Positions 37,325 to 48,491 of a stretch of DNA of 64,000 nucleotides are shown here, piece by piece (position 1 is the first letter of the stretch; every line of letters starts with the position of its first letter). The position numbers and the translations under genes are program-made. Source of the DNA: an uncultured cyanobacterium. Lineage in GTDB: Bacteria; Cyanobacteriota; Cyanobacteriia; Cyanobacteriales; CAWCAG01. Below the pieces are notes generated by a model. It had not been told where the DNA came from, ran no database searches, and was given only the letters and a program-made list of their open reading frames with translations. The stretch lies in assembly GCA_963803805.1 (NCBI GenBank), contig CAWDOD010000007.1, positions 192,001 through 256,000 of the forward strand, read 5' to 3'.

Positions 37325-40240
37325 ATGACAATGCTCCAATTCTTAGCTCAGGTTTATCCTCTCAATCTGTTGACTCGTAAGGAATTAGAGGAGGTTGCAG
37401 CCCAATTGCAACCCCATCGTTATTCTATGGGTAGGGAGATCCTTAAAGGAGAAATGCTGCCCCGCCATGTGGGTATCCTCCATCAAGGACAAGCTCGTTT
37501 AGTGGCTGATGAACCCTATAGCGATCGCCGGGTTACTTTGAAGTTGTTGCAACCTGGGGCTATGGTTGGGGCTGTGAGTTGGTTGCGTCAAGTTCCTTGT
37601 GAGATTGTTACGGCTAGGGATGAGTGCATTCTTTTGACTTTAACTCAAGAAGAATTTGCTCGTTGCTTAGATATTTATCCTCAACTTAAAAAAGCTTTTG
37701 CACAACAAATTACTTTCCTAGAAATCTTTACTGTTTTAAAGTTGGCAGTGGAGAAACAACCCTATGAGATCGAGGATTTCCGTGGATTAGTTTCTCAAGT
37801 ACTTCCTGCAGCAACCTTAGCTTGCTTACCATTTGGAACAAATGCAACAGAGAACCTAGATAGGGAAAGGATTTGGTTAGTTAGTAGTGGCAAAGTTGTT
37901 GGTTTTTCCATTGGTACTTGTTTGGATCTGGAGCAAAAATATGTGGAGGTTGAGGGGAACGAAGCCAGATTAATCGGTTTGCCGAGAACTCAATGGCAAT
38001 CATTATTTAATAGGGTTACTTCTTCTGTCCCGGAGTTTTTAAAAACAGAAATCACCGATAGTCCAGGATTAGAAGGGCCAATTTCTTTAGATTTTGCCCC
38101 AGTAAAATACCCTTTAGTTCGAGGTAGAGGCTGTGTAAATTCTACCTTAGCTTGTTTGGAGATGGTTAGTAAGTATATGGGTATGCCCTTTCGTAAAGCT
38201 TCCTTGCAGCGCATTTTAATAGAACAAATGGCTCGCAGCGGGAAAATATCTCTGTTGCAATTAGGGGCGATCGCAGAATTAATGGGGTTAAAGGGGCAGG
38301 TAGTTAAATTTAAAGGTGAAGCTATTGCCCGTCTTCCTACTCCAGCTTTGATTCCTTGGCAAGATAGTTTAGTTCTACTTTATGAAAGTGATCCTCGTAT
38401 CTTAATTTTAGCAAGTCCAGAGTTTGGGTTGCGTCACTACAAAGTGGCCCAATTTCTTGATCTTTGGGGAGATGAAGGTGAAGCGTTACTTCTGGAAGCA
38501 ACGAAGGAAACTCCTCAAAAAAAGTTTGGCTTTAGTTGGTTTGTCCCTTCTTTATTACGCTATAGAGGAGTGCTTTTAGAAGTCTTTTTAGCCTCTTTCT
38601 TTGTGCAGCTATTTGCTTTAGCCAATCCTCTACTTATTCAAAATATTATCGATAAAGTTATTGTTCAAAATAACCTAGGTGCGTTGCAAGCATTAGGATT
38701 TCTCCTCTTAATTATGGCGGTTTTTGAGTCTGTCTTGACTAGCTTACGTACTTACTTATTTGCAGATACAACTAATCGAATAGATTTAAGTTTAGGTACA
38801 GAAATCATCAACCATCTCTTACGCTTACCCTTAAGCTATTTTGAAAAGCGTTCTGTCGGGGAATTATCTAGTCGTGTTAATGAGTTAGAAAATATTCGTT
38901 CTTTTTTAACAGGAACAGCTTTAACTATAGTTTTGGATGCAGTTTTTTCTCTTATTTATATTGGGGTGATGCTGCTATATAATCCCCTCCTCACCTTAGT
39001 TGCTTTGGGAACAGTACCTTTATTCATTGGTCTTACTTTAATTGCTTCCCCTTTAATCCAAAAACAGTTAAGACTCAAAGCAGAACAAAATGCTAAAACT
39101 CAATCTTATTTGGTGCAGGTTTTAAACGGTATCCACACCGTTAAGGCCCAGAATTTAGAAAGACATTCCCGTAATGTTTGGCAACAACGCTATGGTCATT
39201 ATGTAGTTGATAGTTTCCAAACTGTAATTACTGGTACTTTAGCAAGTTCTGCTAGCAATTTCTTGAATAAAGTTTCCCAGCTATTAGTAATTTGGGTAGG
39301 AGCCTATTTAGTAGTAACAGGAAAGTTGAGCTTAGGAGAATTAATTGCTTTTCGGATTATTTCTGGTTATGTAACTTCTCCTTTAATGCGCCTCGCACAA
39401 ATTTGGCAAAACTTCCAAGAAACTGCTCTTTCTTTAGAAAGACTGAGGGATATTTTAAATCGCCCCCAAGAACAAAATCCTGAAGAGAGAAACAATATTC
39501 CTCTACCTTTAATTAAAGGGAAGGTTCAGTATAAAAATGTTTCTTTCCAGTTTTCAAATAGTAAACAACTACAACTAGATAAAATTAATTTACAAGTTTC
39601 CCCAGGAACTTTTGTAGCTATTGTTGGTCAAAGCGGTTCTGGAAAAAGCACTTTAACCAAGTTGTTAGTGAGATTTTATCATCCTAACCAAGGGAAAATT
39701 TTAATTGATAACTACGACATTGCAAAGATAGAACTTTATTCTCTACGCCGTCAAATGGGGGTAGTTCCTCAAGATAGTTTGTTATTTGAAGGTACTGTAC
39801 AAGAAAATATTGCTCTAACCAATCCCGAAGCTACCATTGAAGAAATTATTGCTGCGGCTCAAGTTGCCGTTGCCCATGACTTTATTATGAATTTGCCCAA
39901 TGGTTACAACACCAATGTTGGCGAAAGGGGTTCTACTCTTTCCGGAGGGCAGAGACAACGCATTGCCATCGCTCGTACGATACTACAAAACCCCCGAATG
40001 CTTATCCTTGATGAAGCTACTAGCGCCCTAGATTATGCCACTGAACAACAAGTCTGTTTAAATTTAGCTCAAACAGCAGGTGATCGTACAGTATTTTTTA
40101 TTACCCATCGTCTCAATACAATTAAGAATGCAGACTTAATTTTAGTAATGGATAATGGTCAAATTATTGAACAAGGAAACCATCAAGAATTAATGGCTTT
40201 GAAAGGCAATTATTACTGTCTTTACAGCGAAAAAATTTAA
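37325..40240 (+). CDS. Type I secretion ABC transporter (HlyB family) with cNMP-binding and C39-like domains
   Basis: N-terminal CAP/cNMP-like domain, degenerate C39 (STLACLEMV), ABC TM domain, Walker A GQSGSGKS, LSGGQRQR, ILDEATSALD. Confidence 0.93.
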   Translation: MTMLQFLAQVYPLNLLTRKELEEVAAQLQPHRYSMGREILKGEMLPRHVGILHQGQARLVADEPYSDRRVTLKLLQPGAMVGAVSWLRQVPCEIVTARDECILLTLTQEEFARCLDIYPQLKKAFAQQITFLEIFTVLKLAVEKQPYEIEDFRGLVSQVLPAATLACLPFGTNATENLDRERIWLVSSGKVVGFSIGTCLDLEQKYVEVEGNEARLIGLPRTQWQSLFNRVTSSVPEFLKTEITDSPGLEGPISLDFAPVKYPLVRGRGCVNSTLACLEMVSKYMGMPFRKASLQRILIEQMARSGKISLLQLGAIAELMGLKGQVVKFKGEAIARLPTPALIPWQDSLVLLYESDPRILILASPEFGLRHYKVAQFLDLWGDEGEALLLEATKETPQKKFGFSWFVPSLLRYRGVLLEVFLASFFVQLFALANPLLIQNIIDKVIVQNNLGALQALGFLLLIMAVFESVLTSLRTYLFADTTNRIDLSLGTEIINHLLRLPLSYFEKRSVGELSSRVNELENIRSFLTGTALTIVLDAVFSLIYIGVMLLYNPLLTLVALGTVPLFIGLTLIASPLIQKQLRLKAEQNAKTQSYLVQVLNGIHTVKAQNLERHSRNVWQQRYGHYVVDSFQTVITGTLASSASNFLNKVSQLLVIWVGAYLVVTGKLSLGELIAFRIISGYVTSPLMRLAQIWQNFQETALSLERLRDILNRPQEQNPEERNNIPLPLIKGKVQYKNVSFQFSNSKQLQLDKINLQVSPGTFVAIVGQSGSGKSTLTKLLVRFYHPNQGKILIDNYDIAKIELYSLRRQMGVVPQDSLLFEGTVQENIALTNPEATIEEIIAAAQVAVAHDFIMNLPNGYNTNVGERGSTLSGGQRQRIAIARTILQNPRMLILDEATSALDYATEQQVCLNLAQTAGDRTVFFITHRLNTIKNADLILVMDNGQIIEQGNHQELMALKGNYYCLYSEKI

Positions 40241-40292
40241 TTGTAAAATTCAGAACTAAAAATTACCACCTATTACCTATTGCTTGAAAATA

Positions 40293-41898
40293 ATGAAGGA
40301 TTCAACAGTTTTGCCTGTAACTCTTAAACAATCTCCGCGATGGTCTAGAGCCATTTTATGGACGATGATTAGTTTTACAACTTTTGGCATTACTTGGTCT
40401 TATTTCGCTACGATAGAACAAGCAATTACAGTTACAGGGAAACTCAAACCAGAAGGTAATGTTCAAGAAATTCAAGCTCCTGTAGGAGGAGTAATCAAAG
40501 CTATTCATGTTGAGGAAGGAAGCCAAGTACAACCGGGGGAGGGCCTTAATTAGCTTTGATGTTACTACTAGCCAAGCAGAATTGAATGCTTTACAAAAGG
40601 TTCACGACTCTTTAAAAGCAGAAACTGAATTTTATCGCACTCTTTTAGACAAAGCCAATACTCAACCTTTAACAGAAGCTAGAATTCTGGCTTTAAATCT
40701 TCCTAAGAATATAGTAGATTTAGCTTTGAATCGTACTGCTTTAATAGCGGATAATCAATTTCTTCGTAGTCAAATAAATGGTAATCAACCTGATAATAAA
40801 TGGGACAGAGATAAAACAGGGCGCTGGCACTCTACTAAAAGTTATTTAGATTCTGCTACTGCGGCTCAAGGTTTAGAAATTGAACAGAAACAACAACTAT
40901 GGCGACAAAACCAAATTGAACTAGAAAATGCTCGTAAACAGTTAAATACAGAGCAAAAAATTTTGCAAGAAATTAGCCAAAAAAATCAAATTACTACCGC
41001 TACAGCTAAAGATAGTTTAGTTCTTGAGCAAGAGATTTTTGCTAGCCTTGAACCTCTAGTTAAAGAAGGAGCTGTTTCTCAAGTTTACTACCAACGTCAG
41101 GCTCAAGAAGTCAAGCAAAGCTATCAGCTTTTTGAGCAAGAAAAATATCAAGGGCTTATTCAATATGAACAACAGCTACAACAAATCAAAAACATTCGTG
41201 CTGAAATAGCCAAATTAACAGCAGAAGGTAAACGTTTAAAACTAGACACCTTAAAAAGTAAGGAAGAATTAATTAGTAGTAAAGCAGCTTCAGAAACAGA
41301 ACTTTGGGAGCAAATTGCTAACAATAATCAGCAAGTTGCTACCATTAATAGCCAAATTGCTAAAAACATTGTTGAAAATAAAAAACGTTTAGCAGAAGTT
41401 GCTGGAAAAATGAGTAGCTTCCAGCAAGAATTAAAGTATCAACAATTAAAAGCCAGTTCTTCAGGTACTGTATTTGACTTACAAACTAGCTACCAAGAAG
41501 TTGTTAAAGCTGGAGAAACGGTTATGAAAATTGTTCCAGAATCCAAATTGGTTGCAGAGGTATTTATTCCTAATAAAGATATCGGTTTTATCCAACCAGG
41601 AATGCCAGTTAGTGTACGAGTAGAGACTTTTTCTTTTAGCGAGTTTGGTGATATTAAAGGAGAAGTTATTTCCATAGGTTCTGATGCTCTTCCTCCCAAC
41701 GAAACTCATCCTTTCTACCGTTTTCCAGCTAAAATAAAATTAACAGAACAGGTCATTAATTATAAAGGCAATCAACTATCTTTACGCTCAGGTATGTCTA
41801 TTAGCGCTAGTATTATGATTGATACTGACCGTAAAGTTATTAGTTTGTTCGTAGACCTTTTTGATAAAAAAATAGATGCTCTTAAAAGAGTGCGTTAA
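40293..41898 (+). CDS. HlyD-family T1SS membrane fusion protein, with a one-base frameshift in the G-run at ~40535-40543
   Basis: ORF 40284-40553 (LKQSPRWSR, TM, IQAPVGGVIK..VEEGSQVQPG) joins ORF 40507-41898 (ALISFD...KDIGFI...LRSGMS) when one G is removed. Confidence 0.85.
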
Positions 41899-42234
41899 AC
41901 AGCGGGGGGCATTATAAGTAACACTTTTCTTTTGGAAAGTTGTGATTAAATATTTTGAATTTACATAACTTCAAGTTTAAAAATGTCAAGCCCCAAAAAA
42001 TTCTACAAATGACGCAAATTCGTCGTTTAATGGTACAATCAAGAAAATCACAATGCTACTCTTGTGTGCAAAACTCAATTGCAGTCTCTATAAGCTCGAT
42101 AAAGCGTTAAAAAACTGGCTTTCTACCTTTAAATATCTAAAAATAAGGAGCTTAAGAAAATCTAATTTTCGAGGTAAGTTGAGAAGTTTTTTTGACAAAG
42201 TGTTATTTTCATGGTAGCGGATTTGGCTTAAGCT

Positions 42235-43249
42235 TCAATTTCTAAGATTAGCGATTCCAGAATCAATTAACTCACAACCTTGGGCAACACTTTCTAAACG
42301 CGATAGCTTGTCTCTCAACTCCGCAGCCCCTAAAAAACCTTTGGCATACCAAGCCATGTGTTTTCTAGATTGAAGGATACCTCGTTCCCCCTTATATTCC
42401 CACAACCCCTCTAAGTGTTCCTTTGCACATTGCAGCCTTTCTATTGGGGTAGGTTGAGGCAACTTTATACCTCTTTTTAGGTAAGTATCTATTTCCCCTA
42501 CCAAAAAGGGATAACCTAGAGTTCCTCGCGAACACATCACCCCATCTGCCCCAGTTTGAGTCAAGCATTTCACCGCAGCTTCTACTGAAAAGATATCGCC
42601 GTTAGCAATGACAGGAATAGTCAAAACTTCCTTCACTTTCTTAATCCATTCCCACCTTGCAGAACCATTGTAACCTTGAGCGCGGGTACGAGCCATGCAA
42701 CGTTAACATTGCTACCCCAGCATCTTCAAGGGCTTTAGCAAAGTCGAGGATGTTAATTTGGTCATCATCCCAACCTAAGCGAGTTTTTACCGTTACCGGA
42801 GCATCCACAGCTTGCGCCACTGCTTTAACAATAGCCACTGCTACTTCCGGTTGCCTCAACAAAGAAGAACCACCACCCTTTTTGGTAATCTTATTAACCG
42901 GACAACCCATATTAATATCCACAGTATCTGCTCCCTCTGCCACAGCTTTTCGGGCTGCTTCCCCCATAAAATCAGGGCGACAGTCAAAAAGTTGAATACT
43001 AATAGGACGCTCCTGTGGGTCAATTTCCATTAACTTAGGCAATTCCTGGAGATGGTGTATCTCCTTAGCGCTAACCATCTCCGTGTACATCATCGACTCC
43101 GGGGAGTAGCGCCTGACTAAACGCCTAAACACCAAGTCTGTCACTCCTGATAAGGGAGACTGCAAGACACGGCTATTAACTTTCACCGAACCAATTATCA
43201 AAGGGGTAGAAAGCTTGGTTTGTAAAGACGAAGAAAGACTCTCAGACAT
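42235..43249 (-). CDS. dusB: tRNA-dihydrouridine synthase B, with a one-base frameshift at ~42693
   Basis: QSPLSGVTD, DINMGCP, TVKTRLGW, LTLH | RTRAQGY, ANGDI, MCSRG; the two halves join on removal of one base. Confidence 0.9.
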
Positions 43250-43344
43250 TTTTTAAAGATAAGCTATTTGGGATACAGTTAGCTTCAGTATTGCCAGAAG
43301 CTATAGGAGCAAGCTCCATAACTGTTTTTAATTTTTAATTAAAA

Positions 43345-43947
43345 TCAATACCCCCGCCATACCCCGACTAAAACTCCTTGTATATCTACTCTATCTGCGG
43401 CAACTTGGATGGGTGTATATTTAGGATTGGAAGGTCTGAGGGTAACTTGATCTGCTTGGCGATAGAAGCGTTTTAAAGTAGTGCCGTGTCCTTCCACCCT
43501 GGCAGCCACAATTTCACCATTCTTAACTTCATCTTTGGCTGGTACAGAACGCATAATGGCCATATCCCCTTCAGTAATATAGTCTTCAATCATGCTATCT
43601 CCTGTCACCCTCAAAGCAAAACAGTTGGGGCGTTGAATCAAATCTGATAAATCCAACTTCTCCTTTTCATCAGTAAAAGGTTCTACTAATCCCCCTGCGG
43701 CGATCGCTCCTAATACAGGCAATCCTTTTGCTTCTGCATGAAGAATGCGCAGGGTACGAGCTTTCCCTTCTGTCCAATCAATATAACCTTTAGACCGTAA
43801 TCTCTCTAAGCGGCTCTGGATAGGCGCTGGAGATTTGAGGTTCATTGCTCGCATCATCTGTCTAATGGAAGGAGCATATTGGGAGGTGCGAATATATTCT
43901 ACTAACCAATCAAATAGTTCCTTTTGAGCTTCGGTGAGAGGTTCCAT
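43345..43947 (-). CDS. lexA: SOS repressor LexA
   Basis: N-terminal wHTH (APSIRQM), Ala-Gly cleavage site IAAG, catalytic Ser (GDSM) and Lys (TLKR). Confidence 0.95.
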   Translation of the reverse strand: MEPLTEAQKELFDWLVEYIRTSQYAPSIRQMMRAMNLKSPAPIQSRLERLRSKGYIDWTEGKARTLRILHAEAKGLPVLGAIAAGGLVEPFTDEKEKLDLSDLIQRPNCFALRVTGDSMIEDYITEGDMAIMRSVPAKDEVKNGEIVAARVEGHGTTLKRFYRQADQVTLRPSNPKYTPIQVAADRVDIQGVLVGVWRGY

Positions 43948-44030
43948 AATTTTTTGTTCTTGAAAGATAGTTGTTTAATAGTAGTTAGGTTAATAAGAGT
44001 TTTATCCCTTTAACTAACTCCTATAATTCT

Positions 44031-44044
44031 AGAACACTAGTACT
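44031..44044 (-). promoter_or_regulatory. Cyanobacterial LexA box upstream of lexA
   Basis: Minus strand AGTACTAGTGTTCT matches the Anabaena-type consensus RGTAC-NNN-DGTWCB; 83 nt upstream of the lexA ATG. Confidence 0.8.
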
Positions 44045-44085
44045 AGCAAAGAAAGTAATTGCTAATTGCTAGTTGGTTAACCTCA

Positions 44086-45012
44086 TCAACATAATCCCAA
44101 TAAAGCAGCCAAAAGAGCTTGTTGAGCGTGCATTCTATTTTCTGCTTGTTCCCAAACTTTTGATTGTTTTCCTTCAATAACTGCTTCAGTTATTTCTTCG
44201 CCTCTATGGGCAGGCAAACAATGGAGGACAATGGCTTCAGGATGAGCATTGTTGAGAATAGTGCCATTAACTTGATAATTTTGAAATACAGGTAAGCGGC
44301 TATCTGCCAAATCTTCTTGTCCCATACTTGCCCAAACATCAGTATAGATAACATCGGCATTTTTTACTGCTTTCATGGGGTCATCGGTAAGCAAAACTTG
44401 GGAGCGATCGCCTGCAATATTTCGACCTTGTTCGACAATTTTTCTTTCGGGTTGATGATTAATCGGGGTAGCAAGGCTAATATTAATACCCATCAGGGCG
44501 CAACCTAAAAGTAGGGAATGGGCAACATTATTGCCATCTCCTAAATAAGCTAAATTGACCCCACGGAGATCCTCAAAAGATTCTTGTATCGTTAATAAAT
44601 CAGCCAAAATTTGACAGGGATGCTCCAAATCGCTTAAAGCATTGATAATGGGTATTTTGGTATATTTGGCAAAAATTTCTAAATCTTCTTGCTTAAAAGT
44701 ACGAATTGCTAAAATATTCAGGTAACGGTCGAGAACTCTAGCTGTATCTGAGATTGGTTCTCCTCTGCCTACTTGAGTAACATTAGGATTAAGATCAATT
44801 ACTTGCCCTCCCAGACGGTGCATCGCCACAGTAAAACTAACACGGGTGCGAGTGGAAGCTTTATAAAATAGAAGTCCTAGTTCTTTATGGGTACGAAAAG
44901 AACGTTCTCCACTTTTAAGTTCTTTAGCTAGATGCAACAGTTCCTTAATTTCGGAAGAATTGAGGTCTGTTATTCTGAGAAAATCTCGTCCCTTTAAATC
45001 CTGTATGCCCAT
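44086..45012 (-). CDS. argF: Ornithine carbamoyltransferase
   Basis: STRTRVSF, HPCQ, DVWASMG, HCLPA. Confidence 0.97.
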   Translation of the reverse strand: MGIQDLKGRDFLRITDLNSSEIKELLHLAKELKSGERSFRTHKELGLLFYKASTRTRVSFTVAMHRLGGQVIDLNPNVTQVGRGEPISDTARVLDRYLNILAIRTFKQEDLEIFAKYTKIPIINALSDLEHPCQILADLLTIQESFEDLRGVNLAYLGDGNNVAHSLLLGCALMGINISLATPINHQPERKIVEQGRNIAGDRSQVLLTDDPMKAVKNADVIYTDVWASMGQEDLADSRLPVFQNYQVNGTILNNAHPEAIVLHCLPAHRGEEITEAVIEGKQSKVWEQAENRMHAQQALLAALLGLC

Positions 45013-45158
45013 TGTTCAGTTGCTTAATTTACCCAGATTAATAGCAAAGAGTATATTATATGCTGGAATTGAACTTTTGAATCGTATTTAAGTTGAACTT
45101 TTGGCTAGAAACTGGCAGATTTATAGATGGAGGTTTAGTTAAAGATCAACATACATGA

Positions 45159-45755
45159 ATGGCTAGACATAAGGAATTTGATCGGGATGAGGTACTAAAA
45201 AAAGCAATGGAGTTGTTTTGGTATAAAGGTTATGAAGCAACTTCGGTTAGGGATTTAGTTAAGCATATGGGCATCAATCGAGGTAGTCTCTACGATACCT
45301 TTGGTGACAAACATAGCCTTTTTATGGCTGCTTTAGATTGCTATGGTGAAGGTTCTGCTTTAAAAGAGTTAGCCGAGTCTCCTCAAGGGGTTGCGGCTAT
45401 CGGTCAGTTCTTTACTAATCTCCTGGGCTATTACACTACTAAAAAAGAGTGCGAAGGTTGCTTAATGACCAACACCTTAGTAGAATTAGCACTCCATGAT
45501 TCAGATGCAGCTAACAAAATCACTGCTTATCTCCAACAAATGGAAGATGCTTTTTATCAAGCTTTGCTTTGGGGAAAAGAACAAGGAGAAATTAACCCAA
45601 GTCTAAATTTAAGAGCGATCGCTCGTTATCTAACCAGTAGTGCCAATGGTTTAAGCGTTATGGCAAAAGCCAAACCAGATACTCAAGTTTTAAAAGATAT
45701 TGTGGAGATGACTTTAGCTACCTTATCCAACCATTCGTTCCAGAATGGATTATAA
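45159..45755 (+). CDS. TetR/AcrR-family transcriptional regulator
   Basis: MARHKEFDRDEVL..FWYKGYEATS..GINRGSLYDTFGDK; GCLMTN. Confidence 0.93.
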   Translation: MARHKEFDRDEVLKKAMELFWYKGYEATSVRDLVKHMGINRGSLYDTFGDKHSLFMAALDCYGEGSALKELAESPQGVAAIGQFFTNLLGYYTTKKECEGCLMTNTLVELALHDSDAANKITAYLQQMEDAFYQALLWGKEQGEINPSLNLRAIARYLTSSANGLSVMAKAKPDTQVLKDIVEMTLATLSNHSFQNGL

Positions 45756-46091
45756 TTTTAGAAAAGGAAAATAATCCTACTTGCTCCCTACTCCCTTCAC
45801 GAATGAAATATATCTTCAAATTCCAGAATCTATGTAATATCTTCTTTACAAGAACTCTGTCTTAAATTACTCTGTTGGGAACTTACTAACTGATAAAGTA
45901 TTCTTTGGTGAGTCTGGAATCGCCATTATATGTTGAATTAATGACAATTAGCTAAGTTGCTCTATTTATTAGGAATTAAACTAACAAAAGTAAGGTGTAC
46001 CCACACCAGATCTATTGATATAAAACTTCTTCGGAATATAGATTAACCAGGCTCTCGCAAATTTCTTTGCAACTGAACTAGAAGAAAAACT

Positions 46092-46913
46092 ATGCCACAA
46101 CTAAATCTAAGCATTTCTAACCCCAGCCAAAGGCGATCAGGCCAACTAGAATCAACAACCACTGGGGGACAAAAATCAACAGAAATAGACATAGATTTTA
46201 TCAACAAACAGTTTGTCAGGGCTGATGCTAACCAAATAGTTCAGTGGGGGGCAGATACTTTTGGTGATGAGTTAGTAATGACCACAAGCTTCGGCATCCA
46301 AGGGGCAGTTATGCTGCATCTAGTCACGAGGATAGTACCAAACATTCCCGTTATTTGGGTTGATACAGGCTATCTTCCTCCAGAAACCTACAAATTTGCT
46401 GAAGAGTTAACAGAACGTCTCAACTTAAACTTAAAAGTTTATCAATCCCCCATGAGTCCAGCCCGTATGGAAGCTATATATGGTCGTCTCTGGGAAAAAG
46501 GAACTGTCGAAGCCTTTAATTTATATGATCAAATCCGCAAAGTAGAACCAATGCAAAGGGCTTTAAAAGAACTAAGTGCCAAAGCTTGGTTAGCCGGATT
46601 AAGAAGTCATCAAACCGATCACCGCAAAAACCTACCCTTCGTGGGCATCCAGTTGGATATCTACAAAATTTTACCTATACTTGACTGGAACGCCAAGGAT
46701 GTCTATCAATACCTCACCACCAATGATATGCCTTATCATCCCTTCTTTGATCAAGGCTATACTACCGTCGGTGATTGGCACTCTAGCCGTCCTCTCATGT
46801 CTGAAGACGAACATGAACGGGATACCCGCTTTCGAGGGCTTAAACAAGAATGCGGCATTCATCTACCCCAAAATTTTGACCAAGCAAGCAGTCTTGATTC
46901 TAGTTTTTTATAA
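46092..46913 (+). CDS. cysH: Phosphoadenylyl-sulfate (PAPS) reductase
   Basis: TTSFG, DTGYL, RKVEPM, GYTTVG, C-terminal ECGIH; no CC/CxxC Fe-S motif. Confidence 0.93.
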   Translation: MPQLNLSISNPSQRRSGQLESTTTGGQKSTEIDIDFINKQFVRADANQIVQWGADTFGDELVMTTSFGIQGAVMLHLVTRIVPNIPVIWVDTGYLPPETYKFAEELTERLNLNLKVYQSPMSPARMEAIYGRLWEKGTVEAFNLYDQIRKVEPMQRALKELSAKAWLAGLRSHQTDHRKNLPFVGIQLDIYKILPILDWNAKDVYQYLTTNDMPYHPFFDQGYTTVGDWHSSRPLMSEDEHERDTRFRGLKQECGIHLPQNFDQASSLDSSFL

Positions 46914-47026
46914 TTGCTAGTGGCTAGTTGCTAATGGCTAATTGTTAAGGAATGAGAATAGATATAGATAACTATATACCTTAGCACTGTTCCCCGTAGT
47001 CTGTTCCCCATTCCCTAAGACTTTAA

Positions 47027-48448
47027 ATGTTCAAACTTTTAGATGTACTCTTTGCCTTCGTAATAGTTGCATTGCTAATACTAGTTGGTAGGTGGATTAA
47101 GCAACACATCGGCTTATTACAAAGGCTTTATTTACCTGAATCGATTATTGCTGGAGTTTTGGCTCTATTATTGGGGCCAGAGGTTTTAGGGGCAATTGCC
47201 ACACTATTAGGTGGGAAAGGTTCTTTTTTTGCTGAAAACGGCATTTTTCCTGAACCAATGCGGGTAATTTGGTCAGAATCTCCTGGAGTCTTCATTAACA
47301 TTGTTTTTGCGGCACTATTCTTAGGAGAAATCATTCCTCAACCGCGAGAAATTTGGCGAAAAGCTGCCCCTCAAGTCGCTTTTGGTCAAACCCTGGCTTG
47401 GGGACAATATGTAGTCGGACTTCTGACTACCATTTTAGTACTGGTTCCTATCTTCAAAGTTAGTCCTATGGCTGGGGCTTTGATTGAAATTGGTTTTGAA
47501 GGGGGTCATGGTACAGCAGGAGGTATGCAAGAAACCTTTCAGGAATTAGGCTTTCCTGATGGCGGGGAATTAGCTGTAGGTTTAGCAACAGTAGGGATTG
47601 TTTCAGGAGTTGTAGTTGGAACTCTTTTAGCTAACTGGGGCCGCCGGAAAGGATATGTAGCGGCAGATCTAGAAACGGAAACTCCCCAGGATTTGGAGCA
47701 TATGGTGCAAAGCGAATCCCGCCAAGTTCGCGAAGCAAGACAAAGATTAACCCAGGGACTGCTTATTGATCCCCTCTCCCTTAACTTCGGTTTTGTGGGG
47801 ATTGCGATCGCTATTGGTTGGTTAATCTTAGAAGGGTTGAGATGGATTGAAAGTAATACTTGGGGACAAACAGGTTTTCAGGTTTTAGAATTTGTACCCC
47901 TATTTCCTATTGCTTTAGTGGGGGGAGTTATTGTCCAATTAGTCATGGAACGTCTAGAGTTAGCCCCTTTAATTATCCGCCCCTTACAAGAACGTATTTC
48001 TGGGGTAGCCCTGGATATAGTTGTTGTTACTGCGATCGCCAATATTTCTCTACAAGTACTAGGGGCAAATTTAGGGGTATTTTTGATCCTCTCTGTTGTC
48101 GGTATCGCTTGGAACCTCTTCGCCTTTCTCTACCTTGCCCCTCGTATCCTCACAGATTATTGGTTTGAAAGAGGTATTGGGGATTTAGGTCAATCCATGG
48201 GGGTAACAGCCACAGGAATTTTATTACTACGTATGGTAGATCCTGATAACCGTACCGGAGCTTTTGAAAGTTTTGCCTACAAACAACTCTTCTTTGAACC
48301 CATTGTCGGTGGGGGATTATTTACCGCCGCCGCCCCGGCTTTAATTGTTCAATTAGGTGCGGTAAGTGTTTTAGGCATAACTACAGCTTTATTAATTTTC
48401 TTTATAGGATTTGGGTTTTACAACTACAAGAAGTTCAAAGCAAAGTAG
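47027..48448 (+). CDS. gltS: Sodium/glutamate symporter
   Basis: Polytopic membrane protein with GFEGGHGTA and MGVTATG re-entrant motifs. Confidence 0.85.
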   Translation: MFKLLDVLFAFVIVALLILVGRWIKQHIGLLQRLYLPESIIAGVLALLLGPEVLGAIATLLGGKGSFFAENGIFPEPMRVIWSESPGVFINIVFAALFLGEIIPQPREIWRKAAPQVAFGQTLAWGQYVVGLLTTILVLVPIFKVSPMAGALIEIGFEGGHGTAGGMQETFQELGFPDGGELAVGLATVGIVSGVVVGTLLANWGRRKGYVAADLETETPQDLEHMVQSESRQVREARQRLTQGLLIDPLSLNFGFVGIAIAIGWLILEGLRWIESNTWGQTGFQVLEFVPLFPIALVGGVIVQLVMERLELAPLIIRPLQERISGVALDIVVVTAIANISLQVLGANLGVFLILSVVGIAWNLFAFLYLAPRILTDYWFERGIGDLGQSMGVTATGILLLRMVDPDNRTGAFESFAYKQLFFEPIVGGGLFTAAAPALIVQLGAVSVLGITTALLIFFIGFGFYNYKKFKAK

Positions 48449-48491
48449 AGGCAATGATGTCTACGACAAGGGCAAGCCTTACAATTAGCCA

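Noticed and set aside
45834-45849. NtcA site upstream of cysH
   Set aside because: Spacing is GTA-N10-TAC, not N8.
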